A program made the position numbers and the translations under genes. Shown one piece after another: positions 22,565 to 36,169 of a stretch of DNA of 64,000 nucleotides (positions are counted from its first letter, which is position 1; the number at the start of each line of letters is the position of its first letter). Under the pieces are notes generated by a model. The model made no database searches, had not been told where the DNA came from, and was given only the letters and a program-made list of their open reading frames with translations. Source of the DNA: Sminthopsis crassicaudata. Lineage: Eukaryota. The stretch covers positions 79,684,454 to 79,748,453 of the forward strand of contig NC_133619.1 of NCBI RefSeq assembly GCF_048593235.1, written 5' to 3'.

Positions 22565-22865
22565 ACCCTTAAGAAGAGAACTAATGAGCTCTGAGCATAT
22601 ATTGAAACATACTTTTTCATTTTTCTTCTTTTTAATTATTTAATTTGGCATTTGTGTGCTTTTTTTGGTAATGTGGCTAATATGGAAATATGTTTTGCAT
22701 AGCTTAATATGTATAATCGATATTATATTGCTTGCCTTCTCAAAGGATGGGGAAGGTGTGGGTGGAAAAAAAGAATTTGGAAGGAATTTTTAAAAAATGA
22801 ATGTTAACTTTTTACATGTAATAGGAAAATATTTAATAAAAATAAATAAAAAATATTTAAAAATA
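22565..22865 (+). mobile_element. Old marsupial L1 3' end
   Basis: aatatggaaatatgttttgcatag..tatgtataa..attatattgcttgccttctcaa..ggggaagg..aatgttaa..acatgtaat..aataaa. Confidence 0.75.
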
Positions 22866-23136
22866 AAGCATAAATTAAAAAATAACTAAGAAAAGGGATT
22901 ACATTTACAAGTCTGGAAAGAAGAAGAGGAGTCAGCCTCTGATAGGAGTAGTATATGGATTCAAATTTGGCATTCTAAATACCCAAGTAGGTGAATGGGA
23001 GCAATGAACATGCAGATCTCTGACTTCATATATTATGTCGGGGCATTAGAACTTGTCCCACCATCTATCTCAATTGATTTGCTCCGGATTTATAGCACAT
23101 GGACAAATCCCTTTAATACCATCACAAATCCTTCGT

Positions 23137-23169
23137 GAATTGATGGGAGGAGAGCAGGCGCTTTATATA
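23137..23169 (-). promoter_or_regulatory. Candidate TATA + initiator core promoter
   Basis: Minus-strand TATATAAAG (23169-23161) begins 28 nt upstream of the A of an Inr match TCAATTC (A at 23141); 4 CpGs within ~130 bp. Confidence 0.3.
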
Positions 23170-24589
23170 AGGCATCTATTAAGGTATACCTGTTGTAGAA
23201 ACAGGTAGAGCAAAGTAAGGCCTTTTAAATTGGAACACAGAAAGTTAGCTCAAAAGTGAAAGACCAATGGGTAGCATTAAGAGTTTAGCTACTCTAGGAA
23301 TCCTAAGTGGACATACTTTGGCTTACCTCAGGAGACTTAAAGAATTAGAAAATATAAGAGATTTTGACTACAAGGAGTTAGATTTAGAGAAAAGCCACTG
23401 GGAAAACTCAAATAGCTTGTTACTTTTGTAATATAAACGGTACAGAGCATGTGCTTTACCTCTTTTCAGACAAATATATGTGTGACTCAATATTTTAACA
23501 CTAAAGATAATGAACTCCTTAGTTGTTTCCTATCAGGAGGTAACTTAGCACTGAAATGACCTGGTGTTTTGATATGATGAGGTAAAATAAGTGTTCCTTC
23601 CATGAGTCTTCCTTTGCTCTGTGATAGTAGCAGGGGATAGATTGCTACCATCAGTTAAAAGTTTGAGAAAGCTTCTGACTTAAACTCTTGATTTGACTCT
23701 CCACACAAAGGAGACAGGTCATTTTCCTTCCCTTTGCCAAAACATTTTTATTTCTTTACAGAATTCTTCAAGGAGTGTACAAGCTGTTCACTTCACAGTA
23801 ATTCCATTGATATAAACTTTGTTAAAAATCACACATGTACCCTTCTATCACCCTAGTGTCAAGGGCTGAATTCAAGACAAAAAAAAACCTTCAGGATGAA
23901 ACTGTTTGTTTAAATTGTCTGAAAATGGAGACCAAATACTTGAGGGCCCTGGGGAAGCAGACTAGCTTTTTCTTTCATCTGTCTCAATATACTTAGATTT
24001 CCACTAACATATAGTGTCCAAAATAAAGGAAAGGATTTTTCTTTTAACTTTTGCATTGGTCAGATCCGTCTTGAATGCTATATTCCACTTATTTTTTTAT
24101 TTTAAAATTTTATCTTATTTTTAATTTATGGAATAAATTGCTAAATAAATTATATTCAATTTAAGACACTAGCTCTGAGGATGGACATTGACAAGGAACC
24201 CAGTCCTCTGCCAATTATTATTTTTCAAATACTCTTCATTACTTATCAGAACCATTTAGACTAGATGATGTTTTTATGTTTGTCTGCCAGTTTATAATAT
24301 GTCATAAGAGCAAACTTTAGTTTTTTTTCTATTTTAGCAAGGCACAAGGGTTGGCAAAACAAAAACAAAATATTTGTTTTCCAGATTATAGTATATTATA
24401 AATCAAGCTTTATTTATGTCTTCATTCTAGCAAATCACTATGTTGGTTTTAAAAAAAACTACCACATTCATCATATATAATCATTTCTAGTGATAAGTTT
24501 CATGATAACAAGATGAGCAAAATACTATTGGTACAGGCCACCAGCCAAAACTTAGAAATATGTTCACTGAAATACATTTTTTGCTTGCT

Positions 24590-25130
24590 TGTTTCTTTTT
24601 TTAAATTTCATTTTATTTTTAATTTGTGGAATAAAATAAGCATTTCCATAGCAGTACAAAAAAAAATTGATTGCATATGAAACTGCAAATCTACTATGCA
24701 TCATTTGCTATTCCTTTCAAATGTACAGAAAAAATTATCATGCAAAGTTCTTTTATTTTTCTTCGCCCCTTGCATTAGAGATGGCTACCATTAGACATAA
24801 ATAGATATAGAAACACATAACATAATTATTCTATGCATACTTCTATTTATCAGTTCTTTCTCTAAATGAAAGTAGCATCTTTCTTCCTATGTTCTTTATA
24901 GTTAATTTGGACACAGAATAGTCAAAATCATTTATTCATTCACAGTCATTCTTAAAACAATATTACTGTTACTGTATACAGTATTCTCTTGATTCTGCTC
25001 ATTTCACTTTTCATTATTTCCTGCAAGCCATTCCATGTTTTTGTAAGATCACTGAGCTCATCATTTCTTGTAGCACAGTAGAATTACATCACAATCATAT
25101 ACCACGATTTGTTCAGCTATTGCCCAACTG
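24590..25130 (-). mobile_element. Old marsupial L1 3' region
   Basis: Reverse L1 3'UTR and ORF2 end (gatttgcagtttcatatgcaatc on reverse; catcacaatcatataccac..ttgttcagctatt). Confidence 0.8.
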
Positions 25131-25469
25131 CATTCATTTTAATAGACTGTATCACATTAAATATCAATACACAAGCAGGTGTGGCATATTGAAATAGAAA
25201 ATATTAATATGTATAACAGGACCTGGAAGGAAAATACAAACTTGAGGCCCAAACTCTCAGGGAATATCTAAAAGCTGCTAATAAAATGGGAGGAATGCTG
25301 GTCACTTCATAACTGAACTCTATGCAGAACTGGGATCATTTAGTATCTTAGGTTATAAAAAGGTTCTTTCATAAATAAAGGTGTCCTGGAAAGAGATTTG
25401 GATTGAAAGTCAAAAGATTTTGATTCTAATCCTTCCCCTAACACTAGTCTCCTCTAGCCTGGGTGGGCC

Positions 25470-25790
25470 TCAAACTGCATTAATAGAAGCAAAGATGTGA
25501 TCATCTTGCTATACTTCTCTTTGTTCACACTATTTCATTCAGTTCTGGGCCCCATATTTTAGGTAAGTCACTAAACAAACTGGATCATGTCTAGAAGAAC
25601 AATCTGGACCATGTCTATAAAGAGGCTGATGAGATTGGTGACTAGAAATCAAGAGGCATAATTTGCTTATTGAAAGAATTAAGGGTTGTTTAGCTTAGAA
25701 AAGAAAAATCTTAGGGAGACAGACTAGCTGTCCCCTAGCATTTGAAGGGATATCATGTGTCAGAGGGATTAAGGTTGCCCTTTTTGGCCC
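25470..25790 (+). mobile_element. CR1/L3 3' fragment
   Basis: cagttctgggccccatatttt..gggttgtttagcttagaaaagaaaaatcttaggg..tttgaaggga, typical L3 RT end. Confidence 0.7.
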
Positions 25791-26339
25791 CAAAGAGTGA
25801 CCTAAACAAACCACTTAATCTTTTGAAAGCTCAGTTTCTTCATTATTAAACAGGATATTGCCTATTCTAATTTACACAGGTTGTTATGAGGAACTGATGA
25901 GATAATGCATGTGAAAGAGCTCTGTTGAATGTTGAAATCCTAGACAAATGGAAAATAATAAATGATTTTTGTCCAATCCAATTCTTGGTTAGGGACTGTA
26001 CTATAAGGCATAAGTCAGGTACATAGATTCATAGATTGGGAACTGGGGAGAGATCTTAGACAATATGTCATCTAACTTTTCTTTTTAGAGATGAGGAGAG
26101 TGGTTTGCTCAAGGTTGTAGAACCACTTATTTAGAGGGCATTTTAGAAAATCCTCCTCTGCAATAAAATTTATGCCTGGAATGAGCCCTGGCACAGTCTC
26201 AAAGGGAAAAGAAGTTTCCTACCATTTTATATGGGATATATTACTAACATATTTCCCCCTATTTATAAGTTATTGCAAACTGTGATACAAAAATGAAAAA
26301 AAAAACCCTTTTTTTCATCCTGTTCATGTTGCAGTGATA

Positions 26340-27248
26340 GGTGGCACAGGAGTAGAAAAAGGGGTACAGGGTGTCAATTTCCTTGTGACTTTTAGGCTGT
26401 TAATAAACATCAACTTAGCACTTGATATTCCAAAAGCAAGAGCCTTGTCCAATGACCAACCAATGGACATATTACTGGAAGAACTAAATCATCAACCTTG
26501 ACATTCTCACTTTAAATAAAACCAGACAAGCAGGAGAGTTTGCTGTTAAATGGAAGGATGACTCAGAGGTTCTCCCTAGGGAAGCAAATAAAAGAGTTGT
26601 TGGAGTTGATTTTATCATACTTCCAAAGGCAACAAGATACATCATTTCATGAAACACCTGGTCATCTCATATTGCAGTGTTCACAATTGCAAATGGACCA
26701 CCAGGAAGATAATTGCATCTTCTGCGCCAACATCTGTTACAGAGGATGAAGCAGAGAAATTCTACAAGGAACTCAGTAAGACCTTCTGAATTAAGTCAAC
26801 ATATGCTTTAATGCTATGTGACTTCAATGTGTAAGTGGATAGAGGAAAAGCTTGTGAAATTGATGTTGGAAAACATAGTTCAGAAGAAAGAAATGAGAGA
26901 AGTCAAAGGCATTGTGCATAGGTCATTATACAGAAGCCTCATGTCTATATGTATCATAAATACTTTTTAAAGAAAAGAGTTGAGAAGTGCTTAAGCATTG
27001 AGTTCACAAAAAGGAAAATGATTATATTTTAATAGCCATGAAATGACCACTGACATGAAAATCATTTTCAAATCAGTCCTGTGTTACAGCCACTGACCTA
27101 TTACAACAAAGATAAAAACCAATACCAATTTAGAACAAAGATAGATTCTATCTTTGATACGCATTTACTTTGACATATTTAAAAAGGCAATTATTGCTGA
27201 GAAATGGGAAATGGATAAAAGAACAAATATTACCACAAACTATCACCT
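26340..27248 (+). mobile_element. RTE-clade LINE, 5' part (AP-endonuclease region), decayed
   Basis: Frameshifted translation gives ..ILLEELNH..KWKDDSEVLPREANKRVVGVDFII.., the pattern of an RTE endonuclease. Confidence 0.75.
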
Positions 27249-27319
27249 TTTTCCTTTTCAAATAGTTTTATTAAAGGCTTTCATTTTTATATTATTGGTT
27301 GGTTAGTTGGTTGTTCTTT

Positions 27320-27635
27320 TTTTTTTCATAGAAGACCAAACTGACATCACTATGTTAGACTTAAGTTACAATGTGTATGTGTCGGATCAATGTGAGCTTG
27401 AAATGCTCTGCCTCAGATTGAACACAAGTAGCCCCTATGAACATTTGGGGAAAGTTCTTTAACTTTGTAATTCTTGTGATACTTGTAATGTACTGGGAAA
27501 ATTTGTGCCAGAGTTTCCTGTGTCATACAATTAATTCTCAAGTTCTTAAGAGAGACTTTGAGGGTGTCCTTATATCACTTTTTCTGAACACCTTGTGAAT
27601 GCTTGTCCTGTGTGAGTGCTCCATAAAATAATCTT
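27320..27635 (-). mobile_element. Second RTE-type fragment in opposite orientation
   Basis: gagggtgtccttatatcacttttttctg..gcttgtcctgtgtgag..tcca resembles the reverse of an RTE RT C-terminal region. Confidence 0.55.
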
Positions 27636-27639
27636 TTTT

Positions 27640-28930
27640 TTTTACATTATCATTCTCTCCTCCCTCACTTGAAAAGATGGTTTAACAAAAATTGTTCAAT
27701 AGGATCTGACAGTTTATTGATCCATTATCTCCTTCCTCTTTGCCAAAATGAAAGTAGTATATTATTTTTGCTTTTAAATTTTATTGATAATTTGTTTTCT
27801 TATTACTTCCATTTCCTAATCTTTACTATCCTTTCCTTTATAACAAAGGATAAAAGGGGGGAAGTTCAGCAAAACTCTTCCATTAAAAAGATCTGGCATT
27901 ATATGCAGTGTATCAAAAACATGATACCTCATCTCTTCAAAGAAGGGAGGAAAGTGCCCACTTATATCTCCTCTAGGTTCATACTTGATGATTATAATTT
28001 TATAATATTCTCTTTGATTGTTTTAGTCTGTTGATATTATTTTTCCATTATGGTTGTAATCATTGTGTATATTGTTTTGCTAGTTCTTCTTACTGTTAAT
28101 TTTCCAGTTAAATTGTCATCCCAGACATCTCAGTCTTCATATTCATCATTTCTTGCTTCAGAATATCTAGTTATATTTATATTCTACAGTTTTTTCATCT
28201 ATTCTCAAAATGACAAGCCCTCACTTTGTTTCTGATTCTTTTCTACTACAAACAAATTGCTAAGAATATGTTGAAATATATACATATATATATGCATGCA
28301 TACAAATGGACATATACACCTAATCTTTATTTCTGTCTTTGATATTCCTGGGATAGTTTTCTAGCAATGAGCATGACAATTTAGCCATATTTATTGCATA
28401 ATTCCAAATTGGGATTCCAGAGTTGGACCAATTTAACAACAGCTGTTTTCTCAATGCTCCTCCAGCAATGACTGAATTCAGTTTTTTGCTGTCTTTGCCA
28501 AAGTTCAGGGTATGTGTTAGAACCTTAGAATTCTCTTAATTTCATTTCTTAGTATATTTCTTTTGATGATTTACAGCATGTTATCTATCCCAAAATCATT
28601 TAGAGTTTGTGATTCTTTTGAAAACTGTGCTTTGACACTACTAAATATCTTGGTTTTGCATGTTTGTGTTTACTTCCTATATATCATAGGCAGCAAACGT
28701 TTATTAAATTTAGTACAGAAAATTTTTTGCACTCTATAGTTTCTTTATCAAATGTGTTTAGGAAGAGATTTCTTTTGTGTTTAGGTTAGACAAGATGTCC
28801 TTCCAAACTCTCAAATTCTGTGATTCTTTTTTGCCTATATTACTGATTTTGTTTTTGTACAAACTTTCACCTTTAGTGGCATTAAAATGACCTATGATCA
28901 CCTCTCTCTATTGTTTGAGTATGAATTCTC
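27640..28930 (-). mobile_element. Old L1 fragment(s) inserted in the RTE
   Basis: Reverse L1 3'UTR and ORF2 motifs (ttccaaattg..cagagttggaccaattta; ttaatttcatttct; tgaattctcccccta). Confidence 0.7.
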
Positions 28931-28944
28931 CCCCTAGCCATGGT

Positions 28945-30770
28945 GGCTGTCATAATTTTCTAAAGACCCATGTAGTTCAACCACTAACATGAGTAGAAAA
29001 AATTGCTACAGAAACTGATTTGACCACAAAACACATGATCTTCTTGTCATGTTGAAGGATATGACAACCAAGGATAATATTGGTTTAGAATCCAAATTCA
29101 TTTATAGGGTCATATACAGGAGAAGGAAAAGGCAGTAGAAGAATGGTCCTTCACATATTTTGTGCCATGGGAACCTTTGGCAGTCAGTGTGCTGAAATCT
29201 TATGGATGCTTTCTTAGAATAATAGTTATATAATATATATTATATATATATAATTATATATAGTTATATAATACATATAAGATGAAATACATAGAATTAC
29301 AAAGGAAATTCCATTGAAATGAAGATGTTAATATATTCCTGTAGATACTACATATTCCAATTCAAGTTCAAGTACCTTCTGATATGTATCCATAGAGTTC
29401 AAAACAGCATAGAGTTTAAGAACTATTGAAATAGAAGGGAAAACAAATTTGAATAAATTTGGTGAGAGCCCCAACCACACAAAGTCACCTGAAGGAGTCA
29501 TTTTAAGATGAAATTTGAAAATAACATAGAAATGGACAATGGAAAATATCAATAAAAATTTCTATAATAAGCTTTTTTCTCCATAGATGATAGCAGAACT
29601 GCTACATCTGGACTTTCATATCAGAGTCGCTGATATCAGGGTATGAGGAAATTAAAATGGCAATGAAGAATACAAAGACACAAGAATAGCTGGACTGGAC
29701 AAAGTGTCTGCAGAAGAGGTTTGTTAGAGGAAGTAAACATCCTTGTGAAGGAAGGTGAAGTGGGATAAATTCTCAAGATAAAGGAAAAAAATGGGGAAGA
29801 TAGCAAAGGTTTTGGGAGAAGTCATAGACCTCGCTTTTAATAAAAGTAACACAGAAAAGAGTAATAGTGCCTACTTATTGTCTTTACAAAAAAATTATGA
29901 AAATACATTGAGGGCCATTTTAAAGGAAGATAGGAGAAAGGTACAATCAGATTTTCTGTAGAAGAACACCTCTTAATAATCACACCGTTGATAGAATGAA
30001 AATACAAGATTTCAGTTTTTGTTCATTCTTTTTATAAAAGGTATTTGATTCTACAGAACAAAATGCCATCTCAACGACCCTCCTCCTACAAAGTATCTCT
30101 CATACACATGACAAAAGCCTAAGAGATTTACTCAAAGATGTGCTAAGAAATGTGTTTGGTGCCACTCTGATTATTAATACCAAATATGGCATGAAACAAG
30201 GAAAATTATGTTCCCTGGGGCTATTTCCTACTGTTAAAAAGGATGTCCAGTGCAGAATCCAAATTGAAGAGAGATTCTCCAGAGATGCTGAGGGCTTCCA
30301 GATGCTTCTGTTTGTGGATGACATAGTGCTGATCGCATCAAGCCCTAGGACATTGTATAGCCTCCTAAATGAAATCCATCTTCATTTAAAAGAGTTTGCC
30401 CTAATAATTTGCACAAGAAAAATCTCAAGATCAAGAATGCCTGCTGTCCAGATTTTGATATACACTTGAAAGGACAACCTACAGATAGAACTCATCAGAT
30501 AGTTCATAGATCTTGGACAGACATCGTAGATGGACAGTGAATTGGACCAGAAATTAACAAAGAAGAAAGTCAAGGTGAATTGCTTTCAGGAATTTGTATA
30601 GTGCTCTTAATGATCCTCAACTTCTCCCAGAAACAAAAGGTTCTTTTTTTTTTTTATTAACAAATATATCCTTCCATGATGATCAGAGTGAGAGAACACT
30701 ATATTCTCAAAAGAATCAAAGCTGAGAAAAGGGCATAGTGGATGAAATTAAGGCTGCATTGTGTTACTAG
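28945..30770 (+). mobile_element. RTE-clade LINE, 3' part (reverse transcriptase), decayed; interrupted at 29150-29335
   Basis: ORF 30140..30469 contains GMKQGKLCS and MLLFVDDIVLIASSPRTL (RT QG and [Y/F]xDD motifs); upstream EEIKMAMK..AGLDKV motif near 29645. Confidence 0.85.
29150..29335 (+). mobile_element. hAT-Charlie4-like MITE fragment
   Basis: ttttgtgccatgggaacctttggcagtc..cttatgga..ttcttagaataat..aaatacatagaattacaaaggaaa. Confidence 0.55.
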
Positions 30771-31009
30771 AAGCTTTAGAGGCTCTATATTCCCTCTGAG
30801 CTAAAATAAACTCTTCTGTGGCTCCCTATTATCTCTAAGAGAAAATAAACTCTTCTGTTTGCCATTTACTGCCTTTCATACAACTGAATGATTAAACATT
30901 GACAATAAAGCCAAATCTTTCACATTATATCATTAGAACATTAATTTTATTATATACAATGACCTCCCAGTTCTTCTCACATCACTTTGCAACAGTGCAT
31001 GAAGGTTTT

Positions 31010-31745
31010 ACCACATTTTGGGGATTTTGACTGTTTTTCTGAAACTACCCCCGTTGTCATTTCCCACAGCACAATACCACTCCATCATTACAATATGCTA
31101 CAACTTATTCAATACCCTCTCAATTTTCAATTCTTTGCTACCACAAAAAGAACTGCTATAATTGCTTTTTTTGTCTTCTTTTGTTTTTACTTTGGAGTAC
31201 AACCTAGTTGTGGTATTACATGTAAAGGATATATTTAATTTTATAGCCCTTTGGCCATACTTTTAAATTGTCCTCTAGAATGATTGGAACACTTTCCAGT
31301 TCATTCCTTCCAGCATTTGTCATTTCTGATACGTGTGAGGTGGTATCTCAGAGTTGTTTTAATTTGCATTTCTCCAATTAATAATGATTTAGAACATTAT
31401 ATATGACTATAGCTTTTATTTCTTTTTTTAAACTGTCTGTTCATATCTTTTGACCGTTTATCAATTGGGGAATAGATCCTATTTTAACAATTTTGACTCA
31501 GTACCATATATTTTAGAAGTCTTTATTAAAGGAACCTAATGTAAAATTTTTGATGTTACTTCATTGTCTAAGGTATTTTTTAACAAGATGCTTTCCTTAT
31601 TCTTTTTTTAAAATTAGATCTATTTTTGCTGTTGCTTTGTCTATCATGATTGTTCCCCCTGACGTTTTTACTTCTGCTGAAGCATAATAGATTTTGTTTC
31701 AGTCTTTTATTTATAACTATGTGGTTCTGTTTCAAGTGTGTCTCA
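31010..31745 (-). mobile_element. L1 ORF2 fragment
   Basis: tgtgaggtggtatctcagagttgttttaatttgcatttctc..ttcatatcttttgacc..tatcaattgggg are reverse L1 ORF2 hallmarks. Confidence 0.85.
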
Positions 31746-31749
31746 TATA

Positions 31750-31791
31750 TGATAGATAGACAGATAAATGGATAGATGGATAGAGATAGAA

Positions 31792-31838
<47 letters not shown>

Positions 31839-31850
31839 TAGATATATAGA
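31750..31850. repeat. (GATA)n tetranucleotide microsatellite with degenerate flanks
   Basis: Directly visible. Confidence 0.95.
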
Positions 31851-32147
31851 TATACATATAGAAATAGATGTGGCCAGATCAATATACATATATTTATATG
31901 TATATCTATAGATAAAGATATGCTCATATCTATCCTATCCTATCTATCTACACACACATATAAATAGGCCAAATATGTGTATCTATCTATATATAGTTTA
32001 TGTACTTCAGTGATTGAAATTCAAAGTTACGAGCTCTAGAAGATGGCCATCTAGGCATGGGTGGACTCCCTCCCCGTAGAAAAGGATTTATTGAAGGTCA
32101 AATAGTATGAAAAGGTACAGGTTGCTTGTGATTTGCATCTTTGGAGA

Positions 32148-32149
<2 letters not shown>

Positions 32150-32207
<58 letters not shown>
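32150..32207. repeat. (TG)~29 microsatellite
   Basis: Perfect dinucleotide run. Confidence 0.98.
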
Positions 32208-32210
<3 letters not shown>

Positions 32211-33884
32211 ATATCACAGTTCCATAGGAACTACAAATCCACTGCCTCCACCCACTATGGACTACTGCCAGATTTGAGCTGGTCAGCCTAATATAATCAG
32301 GCAACATCCAAGCATTAACTGCAAACCTCTGAATGCATATTTTATATGTCGAATTTTGGGGGTTCTTGCTTATTTCCTTTCAAAAGTAGGCTTTGCTTTC
32401 AAATTAAAAGCATATGAAGTCAATGATATAGAAGCCACCCCTCCAAATCAGGCCCTGTGCCCACTTTGTGGGCTCTCTTTCTATGGTGGTTTTAATTTGG
32501 GAGATAAAAATCATCTTGGAGGAGTTTGTAATTTAAAAAAAAACCCTCATATGATTCTATTAAGAAAAGAAAAATTCTCCAAATTCTTGGGCAGAGAAAA
32601 ATGACTTTTCCTTTTACTTGACCACACTCTTATTGAGAGTTCTAGAGACTTTGTTGGGGCTTATATAGGAATGGAAGAGTAATCATGAAACAGGTTAATG
32701 TGTTGGGGTTAAATATCATTTAGAATCTTCAAAGTAGCTGCTTTTCTTTTTCTGAACCTACTTTTCTGTTCTTTGATATTGCACCTGAAAAGGAGAGGCC
32801 ATGGAATGAGTTACCATGACAAGAAATGTAACATGGGAAAGTACATGAGGACTCACTTTAGGGCATATGAGATCAAACTTCCTCTTGCTAATTATGGCAA
32901 ATAATTTTACTTCCAAGAGCCTTAGTTTCTTCATCTATAAGATGGGTGCAGTATTACATATATTTACTACCTCAAGAGGATGTGAAGAAAGCACATCATA
33001 ACCTGTGAAGTATTTCATTAAAGTGAATTATTAGGACTTTGATTTTTATGAAAAATGTTTTTCTGGCTTTTCTTATTTTCTTAGCTAGGGGTCTTGGATA
33101 TGCTCCAAAATTTGATCCAATACAGCCCAATTCAATGCAACAGGCATTTATTAAGCTTATGTAGCTTCTAGGAGAAAAAAAAGGTGATAATTTCATTGTA
33201 GTTCAGCCTGGATAGACCTCTTGTGGAATATGGTATCCAACTCTGGGTACTATATATGTAAATATATAGGTATAGACATATCTAGATATATCTAAATCTC
33301 TTTCTTTCTGTCTATTATCTATCTAATGTTCACATGGGTCTCTCTGAATACAGAGAAATATGAAAAGTTAGCTCTGAATCTCTCCCATTCCTCTCCAAGG
33401 AAATCTGATTCTTTCTACAAGGGGAGTAAAGAGATTGGAGTCATAGGGCTGACCATTCTGCTCTACTCACAGAAGTAAAATTAGGCTAGAATTATTTTCA
33501 TTTCCTCCCAAAAATATTGCTAATCTAGAGAGAAATGATTTTTAGGTTTAAGCTACTTTTCCTGATTCCTGTCTTTTAACAGGGAAGGGGTATCCCAAGC
33601 TATATCTGGAGAACTGATTCCTTCCCACAAAATACTTATTATAGATCATCAAAAGAGTAAATTGGCAATAAATCCATTTATCCCAGCTGATAGCAAATAG
33701 AACAATTTTATATAGACTATTCCAAGGAATACAAAGAGTAAATGGGTTCTCTCCGTGAGAAAGATATACCTTAGCTCAATTGAGAATTGTGGTGAAATTT
33801 CTGACTTTTTTGCCAAAGAAAGCTCTCAAAGCTAGATCCCAAAGAAGGAACTCACTTCTCCCAAGTTTTTAGCAATGTCATGTC

Positions 33885-34432
33885 TCTTGGAGGTATATTG
33901 AAGAGAGTCTTATGCAAATGTACAGTCTTGAGTTCTTAGGTACATTAAGAAGGACATTGAAAATCTGGAGAGAATTCAGAGGAGAATGGTTAGGATGCTC
34001 AAAGATTGATTGAAAGAAAACATTGTTAAGCCAGTAGAAGTAAGGACATGTGAGACTAGAGGTTGAGGTAGGGGGTGGGCCAGAGAAGCAGAGAAGAAAT
34101 ATCTTTAAGTACTTGAAAGATTGTCTTATGAAAGAGGGATCAGACTCATTCTGTTTGGACCCACAAGACTAATTAGAAACAAGGAGGAGAGGCAACTAAC
34201 AATGAAGCAAATTTAGGTTTGTAAGAGGAAAACAACTCACAACAATTTCATTATAGAGCTGGCCCAAAGTGGAAAAGACTACCTTGAAAGAGAATGTGAT
34301 TCATGACACTGAATATCTTCAAGCAGAGGCTGAAAGATCTTTCTTGGGAGGATGATGTAGTGAGAATTCATTGTCATATATGGATTGGACTAGATTGTGG
34401 CTTTTCCATTTCAGGAACTCTGTGTTTCTATG
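33885..34432 (+). mobile_element. CR1/L3 3' end
   Basis: taagaaggacattgaaaatctggagagaattcagaggag..tttaagtacttgaaag..aagcagaggctg..ggattggactag..ctctgtgtttctatga. Confidence 0.8.
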
Positions 34433-36169
34433 AGTGACTGCCAGGAGCAAATCATTGTATTGGGTCTCAAAGATATAAAGGCAAGAGAAAAAAAAAAAAG
34501 TCCCTTCCTTTAAAGAATTTAGATTCTGCTAGGAGATACTAGAATTAAATAGATCATATGCATGATAATTTGGAGAGCACGAAAGTACCACAAATATGAA
34601 GATAAAAAAAAATCTTGCAGAAGGTGAGGTCTAAGTTGAGTCTTAAAGGACTCTTAAAATCACATTTAGTTCCCTTTTCATTGCTGCATGTTACTAGTTT
34701 CAAATCCCAGCTCTGCTACCTACTACCTATGTGATCTCCAGCAAATCATTCTAGGACAAAGTTTTTTCATTGGTAAAAATGGAGATGGCGTGGTATTGGA
34801 CAAGATTGTCAAGGATTCTTCCAGCTCTAAATTTATGATTCTATGATAGAATGTTGAGTTCTAATAACACTGAATCTCACAGTCTCTGCTGGAAAGCAAT
34901 ATCTGTTCCAGGGAATCATATGAAATAAGCCTGGAAATCTTGACTGGAATCAGATTGTGATAGTATTTAAAAACTGATTTGGGTGAGGAATTTATATTTT
35001 ATCTATGAGGCAATGTGGTTTGGAGATTCTCCATATATACACAAACACACAACAAATCTGTACATATTTTAGACTATTTACTTTATGATAGTTCTGTAAG
35101 GCTAGAAAGAGGATTCAATGCTATTATTGTTGTTTTCAAAAGTATTTAAAAAAACAAAACAAAACATTTTAAATTTATTCTAACGATATCTGAAAAGGCA
35201 CAGAAAGGAAGAGGAAATGTGGTCTTTTATATCACCATTGGTGTTGAAGTGGAAGGAGGGCTACATTTGGGAGTCAGATGACTGGAATCTAAATTCTAAT
35301 TCTTTCCAGCTGGATGACCTGGGGCAAGCTAACTTTTTTTTTTTTTTTTCTGAGCATTTTACTGTTTATTCACCTGAGGTTAAAAATTCTAACCCTGCCC
35401 AACTCACAAAGATTGTTGTGAGGAAAGTTTCTTTTTGTCATTCTAGTATTATTGACACCTGAGCTATTATGATAAATTGAGCATCTGGTGCTCAGCACCA
35501 GATTCCCTCTTCCCTGCTCCCTTCTATCACTAACCCAGACCTATTCCATTACTTCTAGAAACTAGAAAGTTGCTGCTGCCCATACTCTTCATGTTTTGTA
35601 GTTTGCTGGGATGCAGAGGCAACACCAATCTTAGTCATGACAGCTTATGCTTACATAGTATTGCCCATATGGCATACTTTTGATCCTCTCTTTTACATTT
35701 TGAGGTGGATAATATGATTTCCAAGTCACAGATGAGAAGACTTGTTCTTGGTCAACACAGTATCAGAGATAGGACTGACACCCAGTTTTTTGGGAGGTTC
35801 AATGTTCAGCACTGGCCTTCTTTGAGATAAGGGCTGAAACCAATTTGTGTAGCATAGTAAGGTCTACTGAAAGTCTGGGGGGAACCCATTTTTACTGACC
35901 CTTTTATCTTCGAGAAATTTAAGAGCCAGCCAAGGGACACAACCAAAAGGAAAACTAACAAACCACCAAAACCCAACCACCCCAAACAAAATACAAACCT
36001 TGCCTTGATCTCAACCTCAATTCTGAACAACAGGATGAGTTGCTCAAACATAACAGGGCATCACCACTGGAGGCTCCACCCTAATGGGTAAGAGGCAGCT
36101 TCTCAATTAACTGTGGGTCCTTCTCTTTTGTCTAAAACCCAGGCCTGAAGAAATCCACTTCCCTGCAAT

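Noticed and set aside
30140-30469. Reverse-transcriptase ORF as a host or domesticated gene
   Set aside because: Part of a frameshifted, stop-ridden RTE LINE interrupted by other elements.
32098-32307. ORFs with HT repeats, ER repeats (61718-61972), IYLS repeats (31580-31927) and low-complexity ORFs at 16479-16710 and 42441-42793
   Set aside because: They are translations of microsatellites or low-complexity DNA.
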